A stretch of DNA of 64,000 bases from contig CAWEXO010000013.1 in the NCBI GenBank assembly GCA_963813025.1, positions 576,001 to 640,000 on the forward strand, written 5' to 3'. Origin of the DNA: an uncultured Verrucomicrobiae bacterium. GTDB taxonomy: Bacteria > Verrucomicrobiota > Verrucomicrobiia > Chthoniobacterales > JAFAMB01. The notes under the pieces are model-generated. The model was not told the origin of the DNA. It did not search any database and saw only the letters and a list, made by a program, of their open reading frames with translations. Positions within the stretch are counted from its first letter, which is position 1. Each line of letters starts with the position of its first letter. The position numbers were made by a program, and so were the translations under genes. Of the stretch, positions 31,415 through 40,976 are shown one piece after another.

Positions 31415-32508
31415 GTGCGTCCCGCGACCCGTGTGCTCAAGGCAGGCTTGGCGGCCCCGGAAGCTGGGGAACCTTTCCTCGCCGGTCCGACTTTTGCCGC
31501 TCCGTTCCATACGCCGGGCGACCCAGCCGATTCACCGTATAGCTACGGAAGGTTGGGCAATCCGACCTGGGTGCGCTTGGAAGCGGCGATCGGATCGCTG
31601 GAGGGTGGGGAAGCCTGTGTGTTCAGCTCGGGAATGGCCGCCGTTTCTGCCACCCTCGGCTGTTTGATAAGACCGCATATGAGCGTGGTCTTACCCTCCG
31701 ACGGCTACTACGCGGTTCGACAGCTCGCCCGAGCCATGGAAGAAAAAATGCACGTACAGCTTCGCACCGCCACTTCCCAGAATGACCTTTTCGGGTTGAT
31801 CGAAGGTGCGGGCATACTCTGGTTGGAAACGCCAACCAATCCACAGCTTGAGGTCTATGACATAACAGTTCTCGCTGCGGAGGCGCACCGTTGTGGAGCT
31901 TTGGTCATCGTCGATAACACCACAGCCACGTGCCTCGGGCAGCAACCGCTGGAGCTTGGGGCCGACGTTTCACTGGCGAGCGGAACCAAAGGCCTCACTG
32001 GTCATAGCGATATCCTGCTTGGATATGTGGCAAGCCGCGATCCGGAGTTGATTTCAAGGATGCGAACCTGGCGCTCGCAAAATGGCGCCATTTTAGGGCC
32101 AATGGAGGCATGGCTGGCACATCGTTCTCTCGCTACTCTCTATTTGCGGGTACAACAACAGTGCAGGGGCGCGTTGCAAATAGCCGAGTTTCTAAGTGAA
32201 CAACCGAAGGTACGTTTTGTTCGCTATCCCGGTCTGAAGTCCGATCCGGCGTTTCCGGTCGCTTCCCGGCAAATGCGTTATTTCGGTCCGATCGTCAGCT
32301 TCGTTCTCCCGAGCAGAGAAAAGGCGGACGCTTTTTTGAAGGCGTGCAAGCTCTGGAGGCGACAAGCTTCGGTGGAATTCATTCCAGCGCGGAGCGCCGG
32401 GCCAGATGGGGCGGCGATCAGGTCGAGGACGGGTTTATCCGCCTAAGTGTCGGTTGCGAAGATCCCGCTGATTTGTTGGAGGACCTGGAGCAAGCATTGG
32501 CTAAATAA
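31415..32508 (+). CDS. Cystathionine gamma-lyase/synthase family PLP enzyme, frameshift near 32353
   Basis: YGRLGNPT, FSSGMAA, WLETPTNP, VDNT, SGTKGLTGHSD; C-terminal EATSFGGIHS...IRLSVGCED lies in another frame ending TAA 32508. Confidence 0.88.
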
Positions 32509-32726
32509 GAACAAAGACCTCGATTCTCATAAAGTCACCAGAAAGAATAACTGCATGAACCAAGACCGCACCCTCTCCCTATCCATCGTCAATCTCGGAT
32601 TCGATCGCAGCAGCGGGGCCGAAGCAACCTCATATCTTAACGATGCAAGAGAGCCTTAATTTTGCCGGATAACCTGGCCTGAATTTCCCGAAGTTTGCAG
32701 GAGCACTCCCTAACCGAACGGTCCGC

Positions 32727-33242
32727 TCATCGCTTCATTGGTTGGTCGCTTCGCCGAGTTATCGTTTGTTTCTCAGGTCGATTCAGAAAAGAACCCAGGA
32801 TCAATAACCCGGCGGCTATGCAGATGCAGCTGTCGGCCACATTAAAGGAGGGCCAGACGTATTCCCGGATGTAGAAGTTGAGGAAGTCCACGACGCTCCC
32901 CCGGAACAACCGGTCAATCAGGTTGCCGAGCACCCCGGCGGCCAACAAGCTCAGGGCAATTTTCGTGAGGAGCTTCAGCCGCTTTTTGGGGTCAGTGGTC
33001 TGCGAGTCCCGGATCAAAAGAAAGAACAGTGTGATCAGCGCCGCGACTGCCAAAACAATGAAGAACAAGTTGTTGTTCTGAAACAGGCCAAAGGCCGCGC
33101 CGGTATTGGTGACGTGCACCAGACTGAAAAACCCCTGGATCACTGGCACCTCCGCGCCGGGTGGGATCTGCTGAAGAACCAGCCATTTTGTGACCTGGTC
33201 AATGACGAGCAGGGGCAAGGTCAGGAAAAGAAGAAATCTCAT
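32727..33242 (-). CDS. lspA: Lipoprotein signal peptidase II
   Basis: DQVTK, NTGAAFG, GNLIDR, VVDF, FNVAD. Confidence 0.96.
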   Translation of the reverse strand: MRFLLFLTLPLLVIDQVTKWLVLQQIPPGAEVPVIQGFFSLVHVTNTGAAFGLFQNNNLFFIVLAVAALITLFFLLIRDSQTTDPKKRLKLLTKIALSLLAAGVLGNLIDRLFRGSVVDFLNFYIREYVWPSFNVADSCICIAAGLLILGSFLNRPEKQTITRRSDQPMKR

Positions 33243-35965
33243 TCAGAGATAGCCAATTCGTTCACTACGGCCACGCAACGATCACAGAGCGCCGGATGCT
33301 CGACAAAAGTCCCGACCGCTGGGCGATGACGCCAGCAGCGCCCACAGCGAGCATGGCTCGTTTTCGAAACGATCGCTCTTGGTTCGCCCTCAACAGTCCG
33401 GACGTGGAGATCGCTCAAAATCAAAAACTCTTCCACCTCGTCCAGCGGCAGTTCAAGTACGCGATCTTCCGGCGGAACGCTAAGCTCGACCCGGGCTTCG
33501 AGATTGTTTCCGATAAACTTCTGCTGGCGAGCTGCCTCCATTACCTGGGCAACCACACTGCGCGCTCCGAGCAAGGCCTGGACGTCCCGCTCCGCTGCCT
33601 CATCAAAGTATTCAGACTCGAGAGTCGGGAATAGCTCCAGATGCACCGATCTGGAGCTGCCGGAGGTCCGCCAAACTTCTTCCGCGGTAAAAGAGAGAAT
33701 CGGCGCGGTAAGGCGAACGATCGCCTCGAAAGCCTGGCGCATCACCTCCTGGGTTGCTCGGCGACGCGGCGAGTTGGGATGATCGCAATACAGGCGATCT
33801 TTCGTGATATCGACGTAGAGACTGCTCAGGTCCACGGCACAAAACTGGTTAATCGCGTGGTAGACTTTGTGGAACTCATAAGTCTGGTAAGCCGCCCGGC
33901 ACTGTTGGATCAGTTGTTGCAACCGGCTCATGAGCCAGCGATCGACCAGCGTGTATTGTGGCTGGGCTTCCGCCGCGAAGTCGTGCAGATTTCCCAGGAG
34001 GACGCGGAGAGTGTTTCTGATCCTACGATAGGTATCGGCCAATTGGTCGAACATACGTCCCCCGAAAGGCACTTCGTCCCCGTAATTGACGCTGGCTACC
34101 CAGAGACGAACAATGTCCGCGCCGTATTTGTTCACAAAATGCTCGGCTTCGGTCGGCTTGTCGTATGTGCCTTGCTGCGATTTGGAGATTTTCTGCCGGC
34201 TATCGACATCCACCACAAATCCATGCGTGATGACTTCTTTGTAGGGAGCTTCCCCGCGGACCGCCACACTGGTGATCAGCGAGGATTGGAACCAGCCGCG
34301 GTGTTGATCGGTTGCTTCGATGTACACGTCAGCCGGCCAGCGGAGCTCGGGTTCGTGGCGGAGAACCGCTTCATGGCTGACACCGGAGTCGATCCAAACA
34401 TCGAGCGTATCGTTTCGGCGAGTCAGCTCCGGCGGCAACCCAAGTTGCTCCGCCAGTTGCGCATCCGTTAGCTCGTACCAGACGTTGCTGCCGCGGCCTG
34501 CCACCAGGTCAGCAAAACGATTAATCCATTCCGGGCGCAGCAGCGGAGTGCCCTCCTGATAAAATACCGGCAGTGGAACGCCCCAGCTCCGTTGGCGCGA
34601 GATGCACCAGTCAGGCCGTGATTCGACCGTGCCATAAATCCGGTTCCGTCCCCAGCTCGGAAGCCACGTGACCCGATCGATCGTCGCCAGCGCTGCGGGT
34701 TTGAGTTTGTCCATTCGAATAAAAAATTGCTCAACCGCCCGAAAGATGATCGGCGTTTTCGATCGCCAACAGTGGGGATAACTATGGTGATAGACTTCTT
34801 CGCCCAGCAGCATTTCGTTGCGCTGCAGCAAGGCAATGATTTCCCGGTTGGCCGCGAAGACGTAGAGTCCAACCAAATGGGGTACGCCAACTTCCGCAGT
34901 ATAACGTCCGTCATCATCGACCGGCGACAGAACAGGCAGGCCGTAACGCTGTCCGAGGATGTAGTCGTCTTCGCCATGCCCAGGCGCTATGTGAACGCAG
35001 CCAGTCCCGCTATCAAGCGTTACGAAGTCGCCCAGAAGAACGACCGACTGCCTCGGTAGAAAAGGATGCTGGCATTCCCATCGCTCCATCTCGCGACCAG
35101 AAAATGAGCCCTGTGTTTGATCGATCGGTTTCCACCCGGTCTCTTCGGCAAAGGATGCTACCAACTCCCTGGCGAGCACGAGAACGATCGGTTCAGGTCG
35201 AGTCGGATGGCTGAAAGTCTGCGCGACGTACTCGTGTTTCGGGTGTACCGCGATCGCCAGGTTCGCCGGCAAGGTCCACGGAGTAGTGGTCCAGATGGCC
35301 AGAGAAGCCCTGCCGGCCAAGGGTCCGGTCGCGATAGGAAATCGTACGTAAATGGCTGGATCGTTACGCTCCTTGTACTCGACTTCCGCTTCTGCCAGCG
35401 CGGTTTGCGCTCCGGTGCTCCAGAACACCGGTTTCTTGCTCCGATAAACCAGACCGCGCCGCACGATCTCGGCAAATACTCGCAGTATTTCCGCTTCATA
35501 CCCTGGATCGAGTGTGAGATACGGTCTTTCCCAGCGCCCGAGGACCCCCAACCGTTTGAACTGCTCACGTTGGATTGCGATGAATTTGCGCGCAAAGGCC
35601 TCTGATTTTTGGCGGATTTCCAGTGCACTCAGCCCTCGTGATTCCTTGACCACTTTGTATTCGATGGGCAAACCATGACAATCCCAACCAGGAATAAATG
35701 GCGCCCGCAATCCAGCCATTGTCCGGCTTTTGATGATAAAGTCTTTCAGAATCTTGTTGAGCGCGGTGCCCATGTGCACGTCGCCATTCGCGAAGGGCGG
35801 TCCGTCGTGGAGGACAAACAGCGGATCGTCGCGATGAGCCGCTTGAATCTGGTCGTAGAGCCGCGACCGTTCCCATTCTGCCAAAATCTCCGGTTCCCGC
35901 CGGGCAAGGTTCGCCTTCATCGGGAAGTCCGTCTTCGGCAGGTTGAGAGTGTCTTTGTAATTCAT
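33239..35965 (-). CDS. ileS: Isoleucine--tRNA ligase
   Basis: MNYKDTLNLPKTDFPM, HDGPPFANGDVHMG, GWDCHGLP, WCISRQR, KISKS, C-terminal CGRCW/CDRC. Confidence 0.97.
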   Translation of the reverse strand: MNYKDTLNLPKTDFPMKANLARREPEILAEWERSRLYDQIQAAHRDDPLFVLHDGPPFANGDVHMGTALNKILKDFIIKSRTMAGLRAPFIPGWDCHGLPIEYKVVKESRGLSALEIRQKSEAFARKFIAIQREQFKRLGVLGRWERPYLTLDPGYEAEILRVFAEIVRRGLVYRSKKPVFWSTGAQTALAEAEVEYKERNDPAIYVRFPIATGPLAGRASLAIWTTTPWTLPANLAIAVHPKHEYVAQTFSHPTRPEPIVLVLARELVASFAEETGWKPIDQTQGSFSGREMERWECQHPFLPRQSVVLLGDFVTLDSGTGCVHIAPGHGEDDYILGQRYGLPVLSPVDDDGRYTAEVGVPHLVGLYVFAANREIIALLQRNEMLLGEEVYHHSYPHCWRSKTPIIFRAVEQFFIRMDKLKPAALATIDRVTWLPSWGRNRIYGTVESRPDWCISRQRSWGVPLPVFYQEGTPLLRPEWINRFADLVAGRGSNVWYELTDAQLAEQLGLPPELTRRNDTLDVWIDSGVSHEAVLRHEPELRWPADVYIEATDQHRGWFQSSLITSVAVRGEAPYKEVITHGFVVDVDSRQKISKSQQGTYDKPTEAEHFVNKYGADIVRLWVASVNYGDEVPFGGRMFDQLADTYRRIRNTLRVLLGNLHDFAAEAQPQYTLVDRWLMSRLQQLIQQCRAAYQTYEFHKVYHAINQFCAVDLSSLYVDITKDRLYCDHPNSPRRRATQEVMRQAFEAIVRLTAPILSFTAEEVWRTSGSSRSVHLELFPTLESEYFDEAAERDVQALLGARSVVAQVMEAARQQKFIGNNLEARVELSVPPEDRVLELPLDEVEEFLILSDLHVRTVEGEPRAIVSKTSHARCGRCWRHRPAVGTFVEHPALCDRCVAVVNELAISE

Positions 35966-35967
35966 GC

Positions 35968-36012
35968 GGGAAGAAGAAGTTCGAGGAAGTTCAGGGAAGT
36001 TCAAGGAAGTTC
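35968..36012 (+). repeat. (RGGAAGTTCR)~4 decamer array, left bracket of second instance
   Basis: Same unit as 30783-30882; abuts the ileS start codon. Confidence 0.92.
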
Positions 36013-36161
36013 CTCCTGGAGTAAGACGCACGCCCTCGTGCGTCACGTCGCAGATACGGGCGAGGCCGTCCGCCTGCGTGCCCGCTCCGCGGCACCATGG
36101 CGCGACAAGGTTCGCGCTACCCATGCGATCGCTCAGGAGCGAAACACGGCCCGGCGGCGCC

Positions 36162-36233
36162 TCCCTGAACTTCCCCGAACTTCCCCGAACTTCCTTGAAC
36201 TTCCCTGAACTTCCTCGAACTTCCCTGAACTTC
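36162..36233 (+). repeat. (CCYGAACTTC)7 decamer array, right bracket of second instance
   Basis: Same unit as 31328-31409; ends 9 nt before the site-2 protease ATG. Confidence 0.92.
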
Positions 36234-36242
36234 TCCTTCTCC

Positions 36243-37343
36243 ATGCGATGGTCGTTCAAAATCGCGCGGATTGCCGGAATCGATATCCGGATCCACGCCA
36301 CCTTCTTCCTTCTGGTGGCCTATGTCATCTACGCGGGGAGCGATGCTGGCGCGGAGGGCGGAGCGATCAGCGCTCTTTTCATCTGTCTTCTCTTTGTTTG
36401 TGTGCTCCTTCATGAATTCGGCCATGCGCTGGCAGCGCGCCGCTACGGGGTGAGAACGGCCGACATTACGCTTCTGCCAATCGGAGGTATCGCACGCATG
36501 GAGCGATTGCCCGAAAAACCGCTGCAGGAGCTGGTGGTGGCCTTGGCCGGCCCTTTTGTCAATGTGCTGATAGCTCTTGTTCTTGCGGCGATTCTCATAG
36601 CTCGGGGAACTCTGGACCTATATTTCTGGCGTCATCTTGACTCGCTGGGACTTCTGTCGTTGCTGCTCTACACGAACATTGTGATGGGCCTGTTCAACCT
36701 GATTCCCGCGTTTCCGCTGGACGGTGGCCGGGTGCTTCGAGCGCTGCTCGCGACCCGCATGGATTACGTAAAGGCCACGCACATCGCGGCGACAATCGGA
36801 CAGGGCCTCGCCTTAGCTCTCGGCGTCTTCGCGGCCTACAAATTCAATATGCTCCTGATCCTTATTGCGATGTTCATCTACATCGGGGCAGAGAGCGAGT
36901 CGGCGATCGTACAACTGCGAACGGCCACATCCGGGATGCCTGTCTCGAGCGCAATGATTACGCGGTTCGATACATTAAACTCCTCCTCGACGTTGGATCA
37001 AGCGGTCGATGCCCTGCTCGGCACCACTCAACACGATTTTCCGGTACTCGACGATAACGGTGGATTCGCCGGGCTTTTGACGAAGCATAATCTACTTCTT
37101 GCCTTGAAGAGATCGGGTTCGGAAACCCTGGTGACCGATGTCATGATCAAGGGGCTTCCCTCAATCTTACCGCACACCAGTTTTCAAAGTGCGCTAACGA
37201 TTCTGCAGTCGGCCAAGGCACCGGCCTTGCCGGTCCTGGACCACGCTGGACGTCTGGTCGGACTGTTTACCACCGAAAATATTGGTGAATTCATGCTGGT
37301 TCGCAGCGCTACCGGGGGGCGGCAAGGGCGGAGACGTTGGTAG
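36243..37343 (+). CDS. Site-2 (M50) protease with CBS domains
   Basis: HEFGH, LLPIGG, AGPFVN, FNLIPAFPLDGGR, C-terminal CBS pair. Confidence 0.94.
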   Translation: MRWSFKIARIAGIDIRIHATFFLLVAYVIYAGSDAGAEGGAISALFICLLFVCVLLHEFGHALAARRYGVRTADITLLPIGGIARMERLPEKPLQELVVALAGPFVNVLIALVLAAILIARGTLDLYFWRHLDSLGLLSLLLYTNIVMGLFNLIPAFPLDGGRVLRALLATRMDYVKATHIAATIGQGLALALGVFAAYKFNMLLILIAMFIYIGAESESAIVQLRTATSGMPVSSAMITRFDTLNSSSTLDQAVDALLGTTQHDFPVLDDNGGFAGLLTKHNLLLALKRSGSETLVTDVMIKGLPSILPHTSFQSALTILQSAKAPALPVLDHAGRLVGLFTTENIGEFMLVRSATGGRQGRRRW

Positions 37344-37346
37344 GAG

Positions 37347-37372
37347 AGTGGGCGAAAGGGCGAATGGGCGCT
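37347..37372 (+). repeat. G-rich GGGCGAAN octamer units, complementary to the array at 37570
   Basis: gagtgggcgaaagggcgaatgggcg just after the protease stop. Confidence 0.7.
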
Positions 37373-37569
37373 CCGGGGCCGACGTCGGCCTGGTCGGTAG
37401 TATCAGCTTTTGTGTGTGACGCTTTGCTTCTTTATCTTGGTCCGCTTTTTCCTGCTTGGTCACTTCCATCTTTTATCTCAGGTTGTGACCTCACACACAA
37501 AGTTTGCCGACACCCTCGCCCGATCAGGATAGGACCTATGAGGCCTGTAGGTCCTATGAGTCCGCTCCT

Positions 37570-37705
37570 ACTCGCCCTTACGCCCACTCGCCCTTACGCC
37601 CACTCGCCCTTACGCCCACTCGCCCTTACGCCCACTCGCCCTTACGCCCACTCGCCCTTACGCCCACTCGCCCTTACGCCCACTCGCCCTTACGCCCACT
37701 CGCCC
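37570..37705 (+). repeat. (ACTCGCCCTTACGCCC)8.5 perfect 16-mer tandem array
   Basis: Counted directly; built from two related octamers. Confidence 0.97.
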
Positions 37706-38488
37706 ACTAGTTCCGTGCAGCCACGGCGTCGCCCAAGCCAGCCCATCGCCCGTTGTCGTCCGTGGTTTGTACTCACATCCTACCCAGCCGCGATAGGCCA
37801 ACCTGTCGAGCTGGCGCAGCAGATATGCATAGTTTATCTCACCGCGATCAGGCTCATTGCGATCGGGGACGCTCGCCAGTTGGATGTGCCCGACTAGATT
37901 CAAGTAGTGCTCGGTACGTCGCGCTAAATCACCGCCCATAATCTGCGCGTGGTACCAATCGAGCTGGAGCTTTAGTCGCGGATGGCTGAGCTGATTGATC
38001 AACGTTGCAGCCTCTTCGAGGGTCGTCAGGAAATAGCCGGGGATGTCGCGCGAGTTGATCGGTTCCAGCAGGAGCTCCAGTTCGCGGTTGTCGAGCTGCT
38101 GCAGCGCGAATTCGAGATTGTGCCGAAGAACACCCGAAGCAGCTTCCCTTTCCGACCGATCCACGATTCCCGACATGATATGCAAGCGAGGCACCTGCAA
38201 TGTGTCAGAGTACTCCAGCGCTTTTTTAAGCGACTCGCGAAAATCTTTCTCGCGCCCGGGCAAAGCGGCCAGGCCGCGCTCGCCCCGCGCGAAGTCGCCC
38301 GGTGGACCGTTGAAAAGGACCGGGCTGAGCCGGTTTTCATCCAACGCGTGTTTGATCTTCGCCGCCTCGTGCTCGTAAGGAAAAAGGAATTCGACCCCCG
38401 CAAAACCAGCTTCTGCCGCCGCCCGAAAACGTTGCAGGAATGGTTGCTCGGAATATAACCAGGACAGATTCGCGGCAAGCCTCGGCAT
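37658..38488 (-). CDS. otnI: 2-oxo-tetronate isomerase / hydroxypyruvate isomerase family
   Basis: MPRLAANLS, VEFLFPY, LEPINSRDIPGYFL, DWYHAQ, VPDRNEPD.GEINY, WVGCEY; operonic with otnK/otnC. Confidence 0.85.
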   Translation of the reverse strand: MPRLAANLSWLYSEQPFLQRFRAAAEAGFAGVEFLFPYEHEAAKIKHALDENRLSPVLFNGPPGDFARGERGLAALPGREKDFRESLKKALEYSDTLQVPRLHIMSGIVDRSEREAASGVLRHNLEFALQQLDNRELELLLEPINSRDIPGYFLTTLEEAATLINQLSHPRLKLQLDWYHAQIMGGDLARRTEHYLNLVGHIQLASVPDRNEPDRGEINYAYLLRQLDRLAYRGWVGCEYKPRTTTGDGLAWATPWLHGTSGRVGVRASGRKGEWA

Positions 38489-38495
38489 GGGATGA

Positions 38496-39137
38496 TCACC
38501 AGCTTGCGCCGAAGGTTTCGGTTAAGTCCCGGATATCGTCGGGCGAGAGTATCCGAATCTTTTGATTCTGCAACAGCAAAGTCAACTTGGCGGTTTCCTC
38601 GAGTTCTTCAATCGCATGCTGCGCCGAATCCAGGTCTTTTCCGGAAACGACCGGTCCGTGATTGGCCAACAGAACGGAAGAATGTTTACTCGCGTGTTTT
38701 CCGATCTCGCCGGCCAGTGCGCGGTCACCCGGTCGAAAGTAGGGGATAAGGGGTAATTTCCCGACCCGCATGACAAAATAAGGGGTGATCGGCTGGAGAC
38801 AGCTCTCGGGGTCCAGTCCATCCAGGCATGAAACTGCCGCGGCGTAGGTGCTGTGGAGGTGAACGATCGCTCCGCTCTGCGGCCGGTTCTGGTATAGCGC
38901 TATGTGCAGAAAAGATTCCTTGCTCGCCTTTGCTCCGGAGAGTTGGCGTCCGTCCCAGTCAAGTTTCGCGAGATGATCCGGGTCGAGTTGGCCGAGAGAG
39001 GAGTTGGTCGGAGTTACGAGCCAGCCGTCTTCTAAACGAACACTAATATTTCCGCTGGTGCCTGGACTTAGCCCGCGTTGATAAAGGGTTTGTCCAACCC
39101 TGGCGATCTTTTCTCGTAAAGCTGATTCGGTATTCAT
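38496..39137 (-). CDS. otnC: 3-oxo-tetronate 4-phosphate decarboxylase (class II aldolase)
   Basis: GTSGNIS, TPTNSSLG, SKE..LH, VHLHST, PITPYFVMRVG, LLANHGPV. Confidence 0.88.
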   Translation of the reverse strand: MNTESALREKIARVGQTLYQRGLSPGTSGNISVRLEDGWLVTPTNSSLGQLDPDHLAKLDWDGRQLSGAKASKESFLHIALYQNRPQSGAIVHLHSTYAAAVSCLDGLDPESCLQPITPYFVMRVGKLPLIPYFRPGDRALAGEIGKHASKHSSVLLANHGPVVSGKDLDSAQHAIEELEETAKLTLLLQNQKIRILSPDDIRDLTETFGASW

Positions 39138-40393
39138 GGGAGCGCCTGCCATGCATCGATAAAAAAATTGTCCCCTCCGAAGTTCCCGGATTTCAGAGCC
39201 AGCGCGAGACGCTTTTTTCCGAAAGAAGCGAGCGTCCAAGGGACGCCGGGAGCGATTTCGGTACCAATCGTGAGGCTCTGAATTTCCAAGGCTTTCAGGA
39301 CCGAGCCGGAGGTTTCTCCGCCCGCGACAATCATTTGCGTCACATCGCGCCGCACCAGTTCAACGGCCAGAGACGCGAGGGCCGCCTCAGCCGCGCGGCC
39401 CGTCTGAGCAATGCCGTACGCCGCTTGCGCCGTCCGAATTTGTTCGGGCAGGGCACTCGTATAGATCACCACGGGAACGGCCTCGCTCAACTGTTCCACT
39501 GCCCAGGTCGCCACGCGATCGACAGTGCCGGTGAAATCGTTCAGCACTTCTTCCACGCGAATCTGTCGAGAGGGATAGAGCGAGGAAACACGGGAAAGCT
39601 GGCGCATAGTTGCCGGCGAACAACTGCCAGCCAGGATTGCCCGAGTTCCGGGCGAAGCTTTCCCTTGGATTGCATCGGCTTTTTTCAGTCCGAAGTTCTC
39701 GGCCAGGAACAAGGCAAGACCCGATCCGCCGGTCAACAGGCGAAGGTTCTTCGCTACTTCTCCGATGATCTGGAGGTCGCTGTTTTCGAGAACGTCGACC
39801 ACCGCCATGCGGCATCCGCCGGCCTGGAGGCGTTCCATTTCTTCGCGCAGAGCTGCGGCACCTTGGCGCACCTGATTGAAACGCAGCAGCCCGATGGCGG
39901 AAGCGGTCTGGCTCGCGAGCACGCGAAGGAGATTCGGATCCCGCATCGGGGTGAGCGGATGATTCTCCATCCCGCTCTCGTTCAGCAGCGCGTCATGAAC
40001 GAAAAGATGTCCCCGGTAGACCGTACGGCCGGTGTCGGGAAATGCTGGACAGACGATAGTAAAATCTATCCCAAGTTTTGCTGATAAGGCGTCGATCACC
40101 GGCCCGATATTGCCGTGTGCTGTCGAATCAAAGGTTGAGCAATATTTAAAATAGAATTGTCGGCAGCTGGTCTGGATAAGCGAGTCGAGAGCCGCGACGG
40201 ATTGTTCGACTGCGGCATTCACCGGCAGGGTTCGGCTTTTAAGAGCGATCACCACGGCATCGACGGAAGTCAACGCGAGATCGGGCGTGGGCAGTCCAAG
40301 TGTCTGGATCGTGCGAAAGCCGGTCTTCGCCAGATTGTTCGCCAAGTCGGTGCCGCCGGTGAAATCGTCTGCGATGCAGCCGAGCGAAGGCAT
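39134..40393 (-). CDS. otnK: 3-oxo-tetronate kinase (four-carbon acid sugar kinase)
   Basis: GCIADDFTGGTD, ALKSR, YFKYCSTFDST, HPLTPM, AGGETSG, LKSGNFG. Confidence 0.92.
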   Translation of the reverse strand: MPSLGCIADDFTGGTDLANNLAKTGFRTIQTLGLPTPDLALTSVDAVVIALKSRTLPVNAAVEQSVAALDSLIQTSCRQFYFKYCSTFDSTAHGNIGPVIDALSAKLGIDFTIVCPAFPDTGRTVYRGHLFVHDALLNESGMENHPLTPMRDPNLLRVLASQTASAIGLLRFNQVRQGAAALREEMERLQAGGCRMAVVDVLENSDLQIIGEVAKNLRLLTGGSGLALFLAENFGLKKADAIQGKASPGTRAILAGSCSPATMRQLSRVSSLYPSRQIRVEEVLNDFTGTVDRVATWAVEQLSEAVPVVIYTSALPEQIRTAQAAYGIAQTGRAAEAALASLAVELVRRDVTQMIVAGGETSGSVLKALEIQSLTIGTEIAPGVPWTLASFGKKRLALALKSGNFGGDNFFIDAWQALP

Positions 40394-40448
40394 ACGGAAA
40401 ATCATGCGGCTTAGCTGATCGAAACGCAAGGGGCGTGGTGAGTGGCGC

Positions 40449-40968
40449 CGAGTCCCGAGTCACTGGTCACGAGTCCCGGGTCGCGAGTCACGAGTCCCGA
40501 GTCGCTGGTCCCGAGTTGCGACTCCTGAGTCCCGAGTCGCCGGTGCGCTGCGAGAACGCCTGGTACATGTTCATTATGGTCGTAGCAGCGGGCCGGTCCG
40601 GAAAAATGTGATTGTGGGTAAGTCGCCAATTGAACCCGACCGGCAAAGCGCCCAACGTTTGTCTTTGCTGGAAAATGCCCCCTGGTTTTGAGCACTTTGC
40701 GGCTTTCGCTCTTTCCAGTTGCAGAAAGAGAGCGAATTACGAAGCAGATGCACGATGCAGGTCTCGGGACTAGTGACTCGAGACGCGGGACTCGCAACTC
40801 TTTTTACAGATCTTGTTGAGAACAGCTCAGACCTCTTGATGGTGTCCTGGTTTCGGTGTCCACTATTACCATTCTGCGATGCCAACCACTCGGGCCTCGT
40901 AACTCGGGACTAGTGACCCGGGACTCGGGACTCGTTAACTCGGGACCGGGGACTCGTAACTAAGAACT
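40449..40968. repeat. Inverted degenerate heptamer arrays: GAGTCCC/GAGTCAC type at 40449-40543; ACTCGGG/ACTCGTA type at 40762-40800 and 40888-40968
   Basis: gagtcccgagtcactggtcacgagtcccggg... vs ...actcgggactagtgacccgggactcgggactcgtt. Confidence 0.88.
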
Positions 40969-40976
40969 CTCTTTTA

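Noticed and set aside
35964..36301. Long N-terminal extensions of ileS and the site-2 protease in the ORF track
   Set aside because: They are translations of the decamer arrays; homology-consistent starts are 35965 and 36243.
30783..37705. Tandem arrays as CRISPR
   Set aside because: Units are 10-16 nt and contiguous, with no unique spacers and no cas genes in the window.
37337..37897. ORFs with repeated ALTPTRPYAHSPLRP
   Set aside because: They are translations of the 16-mer array, partly antisense to otnI.
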